Assembly (NCBI RefSeq): GCF_006345805.1
Contig: NC_042997.1
Coordinates: 121,954,001-122,018,000, forward strand
DNA length: 64,000 bases
Direction of reading: 5' to 3'
Origin: Octopus sinensis
Taxonomy: Eukaryota
Under the pieces are notes generated by a model. It was not told where the DNA came from. It made no database searches and saw only the letters and a program-made list of their open reading frames with translations. Each line of letters begins with the position of its first letter. The first letter of the stretch is position 1. A program made the position numbers and the translations under genes. Of this stretch, positions 1-12,632 are shown in pieces.

Positions 1-381
1 CATAAATGCGTAGGCGTCCATTGTAATTCTATTGTCATTTTCACGACTGAAAGAAACATTTTTTCCTTGTCTGTAGTTAAAAGAATCTTCTCTTCGTGAA
101 TAGATTAAAACAAATATCTTATTCAGTTTAACAAAAATACTTGAATTTATTCCGAATTGTCTTATCCAAAAAGTATTATGAAAATTAAAGATTTACTTGT
201 ATGCATAATCTCAGTATAGTCATAGATAATAAATGGAAAAATGATATTTTGTTTTTCTGTTCTTTTCTGTGAAATATCAAAATGAATATTTGCAATTATG
301 CAACTGGAAGAAATATTTCGCTCAATGCTCCTTATGTATATACGCTTCTCCGCGTATATGCGTGTGAGTGTGTGTGTGTGT

Positions 382-420
<39 letters not shown>

Positions 421-829
421 CAGACTAATGAATGAAGAAATTTGTTTGTACATTTGTTTGTATTTATTAACACTTTAATTAAGATTCTCATTGTTTAAGG
501 TTTCGCAGGTGTCTTCGTAACCAGATGCTAGAATACAAACTAGAAATAATTTCAAAGAAATCTAAAATTGCTTCCTTTTGGAAAATTTTAAATCTCCATT
601 CGTTGTTTTCGCTATCATACTGAACGGAATTCTGTTAGCAGTAAATCTATACAGAGTAGTAGAGATTTGTGTTCCTCACTCTGACAACCTCAAACACGAC
701 GCGATATATCAGTGACATTAAGTGTATTAGATACAGCATGTAGCACGTTAGACAAGTTGTGAGCCGGTTAGTTCTCGTGTTCAGTCGCAACAATTACACG
801 TGGTGAGGTAACCAATTTGATGAGGTTAG

Positions 830-1540
830 AATACATTTGAGTTTAGGTGGCGGACACGGAATACAGCAGGCGTATATCTCTTCTGACAGCAATCATTATA
901 TACCCTTCCATTGAGCTTGAGCTAACAAGGCAATTTATCGGTTGCCAGTAGACTGAAGTAATTCAAATTTGAGTACAAAAATCCAGGTGGAACTTCCGTT
1001 CTAAGGGGTTAGGATGGGAACAAAATGTGGGTGTGTAAATGCAAATATAAATATGTATCCTTTCTGGAAGTAGATATAAAAAAGAAGCGGTTTGTGTGTG
1101 GCAGAGTGGCGTATGTGTATAGAGATATTCAAAAGTGGAAGTATAGTTGTGTTGGTGGGAGCAGCTGTTGGTGTGTAGTCATTTTGTGGTTGGTGTGAAC
1201 GCGTAAGGAGATGAGACGGTGTGATAGCGTGACAGAATAAAGATATCGGTGAAATATTTGAGATGGTGGGATCAATAGGGAAGTTGTCTTTCATGTTTTC
1301 ACAAAGGCAAATGGGTTTAAAAGAAAAGTTTGAGAGAAAAAAAAGGTAATATGTGTAAATTCTGTGGAGTAAGGTAAGGACAAAAAATTGTTAAAATTTG
1401 CACAACATTGATAAAAGAACTGGAACATAAGGTAGAGTCTCCAGAGAATGGTAAGAAACTGGTAAAGTTCACGATAGAGAAATAACTGCGTTGATGTAGC
1501 TGGCAAATTCTGCCGAGAATAACTCCAAATGTGATGCATG
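830..1540 (-). mobile_element. Highly decayed non-LTR retrotransposon 3' remnant (CR1/L2-group RT)
   Basis: Minus-strand GDSTLCSS (ADDSTL-like) near 1420-1443 and RHS...LLFYIYF (HRR..SL.LFY.YF-like) further downstream, with many lesions. Confidence 0.4.
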
Positions 1541-1811
1541 TTGTGTTAAAAGAAAATGTTGGCGGGGAGATTAAAAAAAAATTGAGTAGCTTCTGTTGGT
1601 ATGTCTGTTTCTCATAACACCTATGAAAATAATTCTTCGAGTTGACCTGTGGCCGGCAATGTCACTATTCCATTCAATAAATAAATATCGAAGAAATAAG
1701 TACTCTGGTTAATATTTCACTATTTTAATTGATTTAACTTTGACTCATTCGTTATGGGGTTTTAACATTTTGAGTGGAAGGAATCCTTCTTTACAGTAAC
1801 ATATGTAAATT

Positions 1812-2469
1812 AACGAATGCAAAACATGTTCGGACTTAATAACGAATGCAAAACATGCTCGAACTTAACAACGAATGCAAAACATGTTCGAACTTAATAA
1901 CGAATGCAAAACATTTTCGAACTTAATAACGAATGCAAAACATGTTCGAACTTAATAACGAATGCAAAACATGTTCGAACTTAATAACGAATCCAAAACA
2001 TGTTCGAACTTAATAACGAATGCAAAACATGTTCGAACTTAATAACGAATGCAAAACATGTTCGAACTTAATAACGAATGTAAAACATGTTCGAACTTAA
2101 TAACGAATGCAAAACATATTTGAACTTAATAACGAATGCAAAACATGTTCGAATTTAATAACGAATGCAAAACATATTCGAACTTAATAACGAATGCAAA
2201 ACATGTTCGAATTTAATAACGAATGCAAAACATGTTCGAACTTAATAACGAATGTAAAACATGTTCGAACTTAACGAATGCAAAACATATTTGAACTTAA
2301 TAACGAATGCAAAACATATTTGAACTTAATAACGAATGCAAAACATGTTCGAATTTAACAACGGATGCAAAAAATGTTCAAACTTAATAACGAATGCAAA
2401 ACATGTCCGAACTTAATGACAAATGCAAACATGTTCGAACTTAATAACGAATGCAAAGCATGTTCGAAC
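1812..2469. repeat. 29-bp minisatellite, about 22-23 copies
   Basis: Unit aacgaatgcaaaacatgttcgaacttaat repeated head-to-tail with no spacers. Confidence 0.97.
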
Positions 2470-3523
2470 AACGCGTGCTGTATTTTAATAATAATCTAAA
2501 TTAAAGTAACTAAATACACTATGAAATTTATTAATAGCATCATCCTTTCGATGTATTTGCTCTTCACCCGTGTTTCTCTTCTTGTTCTTCCTTTATTGTG
2601 GAAAGTACATTCAAGCAAAATACTCTGAATAACTCAAACTCAATGTTATATATTTATTTGTTTTACATTTTTTACTTCCTACGAATACAATGAGGGAGCA
2701 ATGATTTGACGGGTGATGCTAGATCAAAATATAATTATTCCATGACAATATGAATTCTTTTCTTGCAGAAATGTCAATGTCTTCTTTTTAATGGAGTTAC
2801 ACACCAATAGGATTTCGAAATTGAAAGTGTTGTGGCTTTTCACCTACAATATTAAATGAATGTGTATATGTGAGACTTTGTGTGAATGTGTGAGAGTGTG
2901 TGTATTTATACAGGGCTGAGGAAAAGCAGGTATACTGTTGCTTAATCTAAGTGAAATGTTATATTCATTTCTCTATTTCTTTTATAGGATAAGAATTATA
3001 TGACTTCACGCAAAAGAACATAGAAACAGAATTATTTTCCCCAAAAAGTAAGAGGGAATTGAATAGAACATTCCACTCACATAAAGCTACTGTATGCTTA
3101 CTTTTGCCCACACCCTGCTTAAACAGACATACACACACAAACACACACCGACACACACACACACATACACACACACACACACACACATACCTACGCATAG
3201 AGTAGCGACATATCGAGCATTTGTCATTTTAAAAAATTAAGTATTTTCCAATAATCAATAGTTTCTTTTCATTCCCTTTGTTTCCAATCCTCCAAGAATG
3301 TTAATGAGCCAATAAAATTATACTCACTCCAACACCCAGGAAATATCTCTATATGTATATATATATGGATATGTATGGTTGTATCTACATGTGACCGTGT
3401 CTTCATGTTTGTATATGTACTTATGTTTATGAATGTGCATGAATATATGGTGATACAGGTTAACATATGTACATATTATCTCACGGTATAGATCAGTTGA
3501 TTCACGGGAAGGGGAGGTTGATT

Positions 3524-3558
3524 GCACAACATTTCGAACAGTGCCCTTCTTCAGAGGC
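3524..3558 (-). ncRNA. Minimal hammerhead motif, partly decayed
   Basis: gcct-CTGAAGA-A-GGGC act GTTC-GAAA-TGT-T-gtgc. The core is intact; helix III (ATGT rather than ACGT) and stem I are imperfect. Confidence 0.55.
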
Positions 3559-3928
3559 AGTAGTGTCGTACGCAATCTGTGTTTGAACGAATTGTTGAAA
3601 TTGAAGGAGAAGGCAAGACAACTTGGGGTTGCATACAGAGACAGGAAGTTAAGAAGAGGGAAATTCGGTCTGAAAGGAAGAAGAAAAAAGAAATGTTTCC
3701 TTCCACCTGACACTTTCCACTTTCTCTTCTTATCATTTTTATTTCCTTCTCCATCTCTTTCCCAAATTCTTTCACTGTCTGCTTCTTGATTACGCATGCA
3801 AATTTATGTTTTCTTGCATTATACATCTGGTGCAGCCCGCTCACTCAAGATTCAGTAATATCTTTTATATATGTATATGCGCTGTAGTCGCACAGCGCAT
3901 TAAGTTAAGAGTATCTCTCTCTGTATGC

Positions 3929-3970
<42 letters not shown>

Positions 3971-4117
3971 CAGCAAAAATTTAGATTCAGATGACTATGG
4001 CACTTAAGTTAAACGCACCAGAATTTGGTATGGTATTATCCATATAAATCAAATGGGGTGGTTACAATCAAAATAAGCAACAAGGATATCCTTGTTGCTT
4101 ATTTTGATTATATATAT

Positions 4118-4148
<31 letters not shown>

Positions 4149-4910
4149 AACAGGGAAATGCATTTATAGAATTACAATTGATAGAATATTGAGCAAGATA
4201 AGTGACTTCTACATAGATATTTGGTATTTATGTGTTATCTAATAGATGTAACTGGTCAAATAACGGCATTCGAAACTCAGCCCACACAAAATTTAACTTA
4301 GCCATGCAAGTTTGACCGATTACGCATGTCTATATTATAAAATCCCTGAGGTATATTTTTTTATGCTATTACATTTTTCATCTTATATATATATATAATG
4401 TAATAGTTGGTTTAACGATAATAAAATTTATAGTTTTCAGTTCTAATTAATTATGATTGGAAAACATCAGAGAACAAAACCTTCTAATTATAACATGTAA
4501 GAAACTTTAAATTTGAATTATATAACGCGAATAACACAGCCGGTCCATATTATAATTGGCAAACTGACTAATGTATTTTATTTTTGCAAAAATACCCGAT
4601 ATTATAATATTAACTAGCGAGTTATTCATTTGTAGATTTTTAAATGTAATTTCACACACCACAGAACGCAAAGCAGCGCTCCACTTTTCCCACACATACA
4701 CGCATCATATGCGTGCGTGCGTGTGTATTTATTGGTATATTATTTTACACTTTCATATATCATATTTAGGTTACTTACCCAGTATTCAAGATTGATTAGC
4801 GATTGAAAGTAAAACTTCAAATCTGATAAGATAAGTAGTGGTACATACAAAAAGTCTGAAACTGAAGTAAATTTTTTAGTTTTGTATTATAATATTTGTT
4901 GTAAAATTAA

Positions 4911-5478
4911 GGCGGCAAGCTGGCAGAAACGTTAGCACGCCGGGTGAAATGCTTAGCAGTATTTCGTCTGCCGCTACGTTCTGAGTTCAAATTCCGCCGA
5001 GGTCGACTTTGCCTTTCATCCTTTCAGGCTCGATAAAATAAGTATCAGTTACACACTGGGGTCGATATAATCGACTTAATCCGTTCGTCTGTCCTTGTTT
5101 GTCCTCTGTTTAGCTCCTTGTGGGTTATAAAGAAATAAGTATTTCGTCTGCCGCTACGTTCTGAGTTCAAATTCCGTCGAAGTCGACTTTGCCTTTCATC
5201 CTTTCGTGGTCGATTAAATAAGTACCAGTTACGTACTGGAGTCGATATAATCGACTTAATGCATTTGTCTGTCCTTGTTTGTCCTCTCCTGCGTTTAGCC
5301 CCCTTTGTGGGTAATAAAGAAATAGGTATTTCGCCTGTCATTATCTTCTGAGTTCAAATTCCGCCGAGCTCGACATTGCCTTTTATCCTTTCGCGGTCGA
5401 TAGATTAAGTACCATTTGCGTACTGGAGTCGATCGATCTACCTCCAAAATTTTGGTCCTAGAGTAGAAAAGAATATTT
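4911..5478 (+). mobile_element. SINE family B, three head-to-tail copies
   Basis: ggcggcaagctggcagaaacgttagc head, gagttcaaattcc B-box-like motif, and gccgaggtcgactttgcctttcatcc core, repeated with unit starts near 4911, 5140 and 5327. Confidence 0.85.
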
Positions 5479-5499
5479 ATTGCAAAACAATAATAATAA

Positions 5500-5683
5500 C
5501 CCTTTCTACTATAATCACAAGGTCTGAAATATTGGGGGAGGAGAGCAGTCGATTACATCGACCCAGAATTTCACTGGTACTTAATTTATCAACCTCGAAA
5601 TCTTTGGAACTTGAACACAAAACGTAGCGTCAAACGAAATACCGCTAAGCATTTGGCCCGATGCGCTAACGATTCTGCCAGCT
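5500..5683 (-). mobile_element. SINE family B, decayed inverted copy
   Basis: Reverse complement of the family B head and core (gctaacgattctgccagct; actggtacttaatttatc). Confidence 0.7.
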
Positions 5684-7289
5684 TAATAATTTATCCTATA
5701 AGCACAAGCCCAGAAATTTGGAGGGAAAGGCCTAGTTAATTACATGGATGTCGCCATCGGTTATTAATAGTAATGATAATAATAGGAAAAAGAACACACA
5801 TTTTTGCAGAATCTACCGAGTCTCTAATGGTAAATATATAAACAAATATATATAAATAATAATGATGGATGAGGATGGCTACTCTCTGACTAAAATAACT
5901 TATGTATACACAAATATTTCTTCCACACACTTAGTATACAGATCCAAGTGGTCCATTTCATACCCTTATAAATAACTATTATTTAAATTCTAACCAATTT
6001 GGATCTTAATATTTGTACCTTTTTAATGTACCGAGCACGCAAAATCATTAGCACTTCGGCATTTCATTGGACTTTACGTTCTGAGTTCAAATTTCATCGA
6101 GATCACTTTTCCCTCTCATCATTTGAGGGTCGATAAAATAAGTACAAATCGAGCATTGGGATCGATATCATTGAATCACCCCTCCTACAAAATTGCTTAA
6201 ATTGTGTCAAAATTCGAAACCGATATTTTGTGTTTTATTTCATCTTTTTGGATATTGTTTACTCATTCTATAATCATAGTTTTTACGATTTCATATAAAT
6301 TTGTTCCTCATTGTGTATGTTTTTATTTCCATAAGATTCTGCAGAGACTTCCGGAGAAAATATACAAATCTTTATTTTATGAAATGCGTGCGTTTATCTG
6401 TATACTTATATCTGTACGTATACTCATGTTATACATTACGTATTAATGCTATACTAGTTTTAATTTTTATTAATTTGAAGTCTGGTAGTTAAATATACAT
6501 ATATGCAAAATCGCTCTGTATATGGGAAGATATCAACCCATGCATTAGCACATATTTTTGTCTACTCTGAATGATAAATAAAGTTTGAGAAAATTCTATA
6601 ATATAACGAGCTTGCACATTTACTTATGATAAAAAATAAATCTGATTATATTTGTCTCTAAATTTGTGCTAATTATCCCTTCGTCTGTGAATACATTATC
6701 TGAAACTTATATTTTTTCCTTCACTGTAATAGTTTTGTCTTCATCTCAAATTCACCGTGGAATTTAATAATTGTCTATGGCAAAGGTTCTGTAATGTCTC
6801 AGAAATATTGCTTTGTCTTTCAATTCTCACTGAATTCTTTTCACTTTAAGTATATTTTACGATGCAATCGCGTATGTATTCATATGAGATGAAATATTAA
6901 CTTTTGCAATAAATTATTATAGAGCAACATGTCTGCCTCTTGACGTCGGTTTCTTTGAGTTGTGTCAAGATTAAATATGGAGTAAGACACAAGTAACATT
7001 TCATCGAGAGATAAATGGATGATATAATTCCCCTAGCCACCTCTTAACAAACTTCTTTACCGATATAAGACATCTGAAATACAGATAGAAACAAATTACA
7101 TTTTGTTTCTTGTTTTATATAGAAAGAGCGGACACAATTGTTGTATTTTAAGTAATACAGTGGAGTGAAAATATGTTGTTCATCAGTACAGTATCTACAA
7201 CTATAAATTAACTCCAAGTTAAATTCATGACCGAATATTTATTTAGAAGCCAATTAATTACGCGTAAATATAGTATTGGGGGATAGAAG

Positions 7290-7570
7290 CTTGTTTTGTA
7301 ATTATTTAGTTCAGGTTCGGTCCCGCTGAGCGGCAATTCGGGAAAGTGATTTTTACTATAATCTTGGACTGACCAATGCCTTGTGAGTAAACGAGGTTCA
7401 CGAAAAGAGTATAGAAGCCTGTCGCGTGTTTGTGTGTGTGGATTTGCATGTGTGCTTTATATGTCTCTGTGTGTATATTTTATATTTGTGTTCCCCCACC
7501 ACTTGACAGCCGGTATAGGCTTGTTTACATCCCTGTAACAAGTGGTTCGGCAAAAAATACCTAATGGGTA
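7290..7570 (+). mobile_element. SINE family A, decayed
   Basis: ggttcggtccc B-box, gaccaatgccttgtgagt and gtggttcggcaaaa segments shared with 13971-14390. Confidence 0.65.
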
Positions 7571-7598
7571 AGTGTGTCTATGTATGTATGCATGTATG

Positions 7599-7632
<34 letters not shown>

Positions 7633-7656
7633 TGTATGTATGTATGTATCTATCTA

Positions 7657-7694
<38 letters not shown>

Positions 7695-7872
7695 AAATAA
7701 GATTTTCAATTAGGTTGGTTAAATCAGCTTCGTCTTAATTGTAAATTTTTATCTTTATTCCCTTATTCACCTGAAGAAAACATTTTTATAGCTTTTTTGC
7801 ATGATGTAACACTTTTGATCACCAATAAAGAACGCCTCTGAAACAGTTGTAGAGGATCGCATCAAACTTTTG

Positions 7873-7890
7873 TTATTAATATTATTATTA

Positions 7891-7942
<52 letters not shown>

Positions 7943-7958
7943 TACTACTACTACTACT
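7873..7958. repeat. (TTA)n(CTA)n microsatellite
   Basis: Direct reading. Confidence 0.95.
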
Positions 7959-8038
7959 AAGTATATTTACAAATATAGTCTATGTCAATGTATGTACATA
8001 AAACGTTCATGCATAGATTTCGATATATATATATGTGT

Positions 8039-8107
<69 letters not shown>

Positions 8108-8709
8108 TGAGTACATGTGTGAGAGTACATATGTGTGTATACATGCATCTACGCACATGTCAATAATTATGGTTACTAGGGGCAGAAAAGAAATTGTATA
8201 GGAAGTGTCCCAACGAATACATACATCTGTATTAAATATAAATTTAAACTTAGCTTCCTTCACCACTGCTAATGAATTATTAACCAAAATATCTTTCTCT
8301 TGGTAAGAATTGCCACAAATATTCTCTATGGAAACCATTCTTTTATGAAATGTCTTTGGTAATATAAATTATGCAATTAACAGACAATATTCTATTGGTG
8401 AGATTCAAGCAAAATCAAAATAGGAGCTTCTATTTATGAATATCGAGACTTTGTACTTGAAACTGAAATAACAAATAAACATATAACGATCACATGATGT
8501 ACACTTTATATATTTGTTTAGTACATTTTTTTCGCTAGCAGATTTATATATATATATATATTATATATATATATTGCATTGTATTTTGATAGACACTCTT
8601 ATTGGAATAGACTCTCATATGTGTGCGCGCGCACACACAATAACAAACACACATACATATGCACACCGTATGAACTGTTATATACTTGATGTCCAATGTA
8701 ATTGATATA

Positions 8710-8910
8710 TTTCCTATATTTTGTTTCAGTCATTTGACTGTGGCCATGTTGGAGCACCACCTTTAGTCAAGCAAATCAACCCCAAGACTTATTCTTTGTA
8801 AGCGTAGTACTTATTCTAGCGGTCTGTTTTCCTGAACCGCTAGGTTACGGGGACGTAAACACCCCAGCATAGGTTGTCAAGCGATGTTGGGGACAAAACA
8901 CTGACACACA
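8710..8910 (-). mobile_element. SINE family A, 3' half
   Basis: tttcagtcatttgactgtggccatgttggagcaccacc...ggggacgtaaacacc. Confidence 0.85.
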
Positions 8911-8931
8911 AACATACACACACACACACAT

Positions 8932-8960
<29 letters not shown>

Positions 8961-8966
<6 letters not shown>

Positions 8967-9177
8967 ATTAGAGACAAAACCACTATTATGCAAATCAAAC
9001 AAAGAAAGACTTAAGCCAATACATAAAATAATTTATATAAATTAAAATTTAACATATGAATAACCACTACGATCGTTTCGTGTCAGCACATTCATATGTT
9101 AAATTTTAATTTATATAAATTATTTTATGTATTCTTTGTTTGATTTGCATAATAGTGGTTTTGTCTCTAATTTAATA
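8961..9177. repeat. Near-perfect fold-back: 45 + 43 bp identical arms, 13-nt bulge, 28-nt loop
   Basis: 8961-9005 and 9019-9061 are exact reverse complements of 9090-9177. Confidence 0.95.
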
Positions 9178-9189
9178 TAATATAATATT

Positions 9190-10020
9190 TTACTATAAAA
9201 TTGGATTCAATCTTAAATCTGATTTTTCCTTGTATATTTGGATTTATTCCCTATTTATTATATCCACAATTCTGTCCTTATACGTTAAGTATTTTTTCTC
9301 TAGCATTGATACGACTCTTGATCTGTCTCTTTCTCTCTCTCTCTCTCTCCTCCTCCCTTCTTTCCTTCTTTCTTTCTTTCTCTCTCCATCCCCCCCCCAT
9401 CCTACGTTTCTCTATCTCTCTTACCTCCACTCCCCTCGATCTGTCTCTTTCTTCTCCTCCCTCGTCCACCTTCTCTCTCTCTTCATCTGTCCCTTTCTCC
9501 TGTCTTTTGTCCTCACGTGACCGCTAGCCACTGCTGGGCGCCCTTTTCGTTCCAGCAGTCGTCGAAGCAACACGTTTTTGTTCGTCTCCCGCGGCCATAA
9601 GGCACAACTCCATAAGCCAGCCCCAACTCAACTCGTCCTGTCGAAAGACCCTTGTCCTACGTCCTGGTTTTGTTTTGTTTTTTATCCTTACCGTTATTGT
9701 TTTTACGTTTTTGTATTCTTATTCGTGCTTTCCTTATTGTTGTCACGTATTCTGTATTTTTATTCGTGTACATCGTTCGTTTTCCGTCCTTGTGTTGTAT
9801 ACATTCGAAGCTTTCTTCCAAGGGATCTAATGCGCTTGGCTTAGATTTCCCTTGGGGGCTGCCCAGATCGGAGTAATCTCAAGATTAATCAGCCGAAATT
9901 GCGAAGATGATCTGGTTCTTGACTGACGACTGAGGGCTTCGAATGTCCCGTCCTGTGGTTCTTGTGTCGTCTCCTTGGTGTTTGATGTTCTTGTCATTGT
10001 TTGTATTTACTTTTTACTGT
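9190..10020 (+). mobile_element. Unclassified interspersed repeat (Penelope-like?)
   Basis: 9880-9960 recurs in reverse complement at about 15650-15725. The element sits between the two halves of a split SINE. Confidence 0.5.
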
Positions 10021-10060
10021 TTACATATATATATATATATATAATATATATATATATATA

Positions 10061-10223
10061 CGACGGGTCTCTTTCAGTTTCCGTTTACCAAACCCACTCA
10101 CAAGTCTTTGGTCGGCCCGAGGCTATTGTAGAAGACACTTCCCCAAGGTACCACGCAGTGGGACTGAACCCATAACTATGTGTTTGATAAGCAAGCTACT
10201 CACCACACAGCCACTCTTACGCT
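10061..10223 (-). mobile_element. SINE family A, 5' half
   Basis: cgacgggtctctttcagtttccg...cacgcagtgggactgaaccc...ccacacagccactc. Confidence 0.85.
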
Positions 10224-11125
10224 TATATAAAAGACTTATATATAAGTATTTCGTGCTGTTCGCTTCCCCTTATGAGCCAAGACATACTTTCACGCTGTAT
10301 CAGTATAGGTAACTGGAGTATTACACTTTCACTTAAGTAAATTTAGTTTTATAGATTATGCAGAAAATATTTTTGATAAGGAATGCCAGTAAGTTGTAGT
10401 GAAATGAAAGTACAAGTGATGTGTGAATACCAGTAAGTAATAGTGACATGAATTTACAAATACTGAATGGAGTAATTTTCTTTTACTGAAATTCCGATGA
10501 TATATTACAGGAATGCAGAGCAAGGCGTTGTGTGGCTTTTTTTTTTTTGTCGGTGTGTAGATGATTTTCGTTTCGCTGTGAATATGTGTCTGTGTGCGTA
10601 TGACTTCACTGTCAGCTTGTCTCTGGTTTTGAGAAAGAAATTTCTATGTCTACATCTGAACGGAGAGACAGACAGACATTAGATTGTGGCCATGCTGGGG
10701 CATCAACTTGAAGAATTTTTAGATGAACGTGTTGACCCTAGAATTTTTTTAATTGTGGAATTCATTAGAGAGAGAGAGAGAAAGAGCGATTGACAGTGTT
10801 TAATTGAGCAGAATAGACCATCCTTGAATAAATAAATGAATGAATATACATGGTGTGGTGTTTGTCATTGTCTTGAATGCTGACCAATCTCGCCAAGGAC
10901 AATTTCCGGCCAAACAGAAAGACAGAAAGATAAATAGAGAGAGAAAGGGGGAGAGAGATTAAAAGGTGTCGATTCTTTGAAAATTTTGGCACTTCAGCTC
11001 TTGTCACATCATCATCATCATTATCATCACCACAGTTAAATTGTGAAAGTGCACAAAACATCCATGCTTATAAACGAGATGGTGTCTCAATTATGTTTTA
11101 TGAGACAAACAGACAGAATCTTTCT

Positions 11126-11170
<45 letters not shown>

Positions 11171-11390
11171 GTGTGTTTGTGTGTGCGTGTGTGTGTGTGT
11201 ATGTTTGTATGTATGTAAGTATGTACGTACGTACGTACGTTTGTATGTATATGTGTAAAATTATTTATGCATATATAAATATTAGCAGAATTTAGGTTAG
11301 TTCAAATATGTTTTTTACATATTTCAACTGCCAAAGGCAAATACACTGCAGATACCGTGGAGAGAAAAGTGTCTCTTATGGGAAAAAGGT

Positions 11391-11621
11391 GTGAAAACAT
11401 CCAGTTCATTCAGTGTCGCCGTCTGTTAGGAATCCCAGACATCGATGTTTTTTTACCTTTGTCAATGAGATGTACCTTTAACAGTTAACTCTGAACGAAC
11501 TTGAAAAAGCTGCGAGCTTTACATATAAAGTACAACTCATTGATAAGAGTAAAAAAACTCGAAGAATTGATGTTTGGGATTCCTAACAGACAGCGACACT
11601 GAACGACCTGGGTGTTTTCAC
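11391..11621. mobile_element. MITE-like element with 56-bp terminal inverted repeats
   Basis: 11391-11446 versus 11566-11621: 50/56 matches by eye. Confidence 0.75.
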
Positions 11622-11849
11622 CACAGTAACTGTAGTATATTTGCTTTTCAGCAAACATATGCTAAAAACATATTTCAGTTAACCTAAAATCTGCATATAC
11701 CTAAACACTGTTTTGCGCCAATGCTTCGTTATATACATACTAATACATACACATTCTTTTATTCTTCATTTTTTCTGTTACTAGTTCAAATTTCAAACCT
11801 GTGGCCATGATGCAGCACCGCATATGCAATTCCTACCCCTTTGACGGTA

Positions 11850-12320
11850 CTTAAGTTTTGCTGAATGGAGGAATCCAATGTCTTTCTTCCTGAATTTCTT
11901 GTGTCCCCTTCATTTGTCTGAAATTGCACCTATCAGATTATCGAGGTGTCTTCTTGAATGCGTCTATATCTATTTCATGTAGATTTCTTAGTCTTTTGAC
12001 AAGATATTGCAAACCTGTTGAACTTTGAATCGGAGTCTGTTGCAGAACATGTGACTGGTTTTCCATGAGGTTTTTGAGATATTCGGACCTACAACGGCAT
12101 GGCTAATTCGGGAACTGATATCAGCGATATTAGAGTTTTTAAGGAACAACTATATATAAATCCCCGTTTTTCCTTCCTATCTTCCTCCAGGTTTAATGCT
12201 TTAAGATTCTCGCAGCACGTTTATTTTTCGAACTGAGGCGATTTTAAGGCATCATTGCTTCAAGTTTAACATCATTTGGTGACTATACTTAAAGTACTTT
12301 AGGCTAGTGAGAATAAAAGA
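11850..12320 (-). mobile_element. CR1-group LINE 3' remnant
   Basis: Decayed ...ENLKALNL..R..R..IY... and FN......F...LD.L...I.D.P-like RT C-terminus. Confidence 0.5.
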
Positions 12321-12483
12321 ATACTATAAATTCAGCTTATTTTCCTTCTCTCTGCTAGAATAGAACCTTATTCGCTTCATATATACATACACTCAAGCAC
12401 AAACATACGAATACGTTCACATACACGCAGGTACACTACCTACCTATATATACCTACATATATACATACATACATACACACAC

Positions 12484-12487
<4 letters not shown>

Positions 12488-12582
<95 letters not shown>

Positions 12583-12632
12583 TAGATAGATGATAGATAG
12601 ATAGATAGATATAGATAGATAGATAGATAGAT
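12488..12632. repeat. Compound (TA)n(GA)n(GATA)n microsatellite
   Basis: Direct reading. Confidence 0.95.

Noticed and set aside
1812-2469. CRISPR-like array of 29-bp partly palindromic repeats
   Set aside because: Units are contiguous with no unique spacers, there are no cas genes, and the context is eukaryotic.
6990-7072. Good acceptor followed by KKFVKRW, loosely like GluA QQFIQRW
   Set aside because: The frame stops without a donor and its phase does not follow the 30645 exon.
9915-9955. CTGACGA...TTCGAAT hammerhead-like string (also about 15660-15690, minus)
   Set aside because: It lacks A15.1 (GAAT rather than GAAA) and has no convincing stems I or II.
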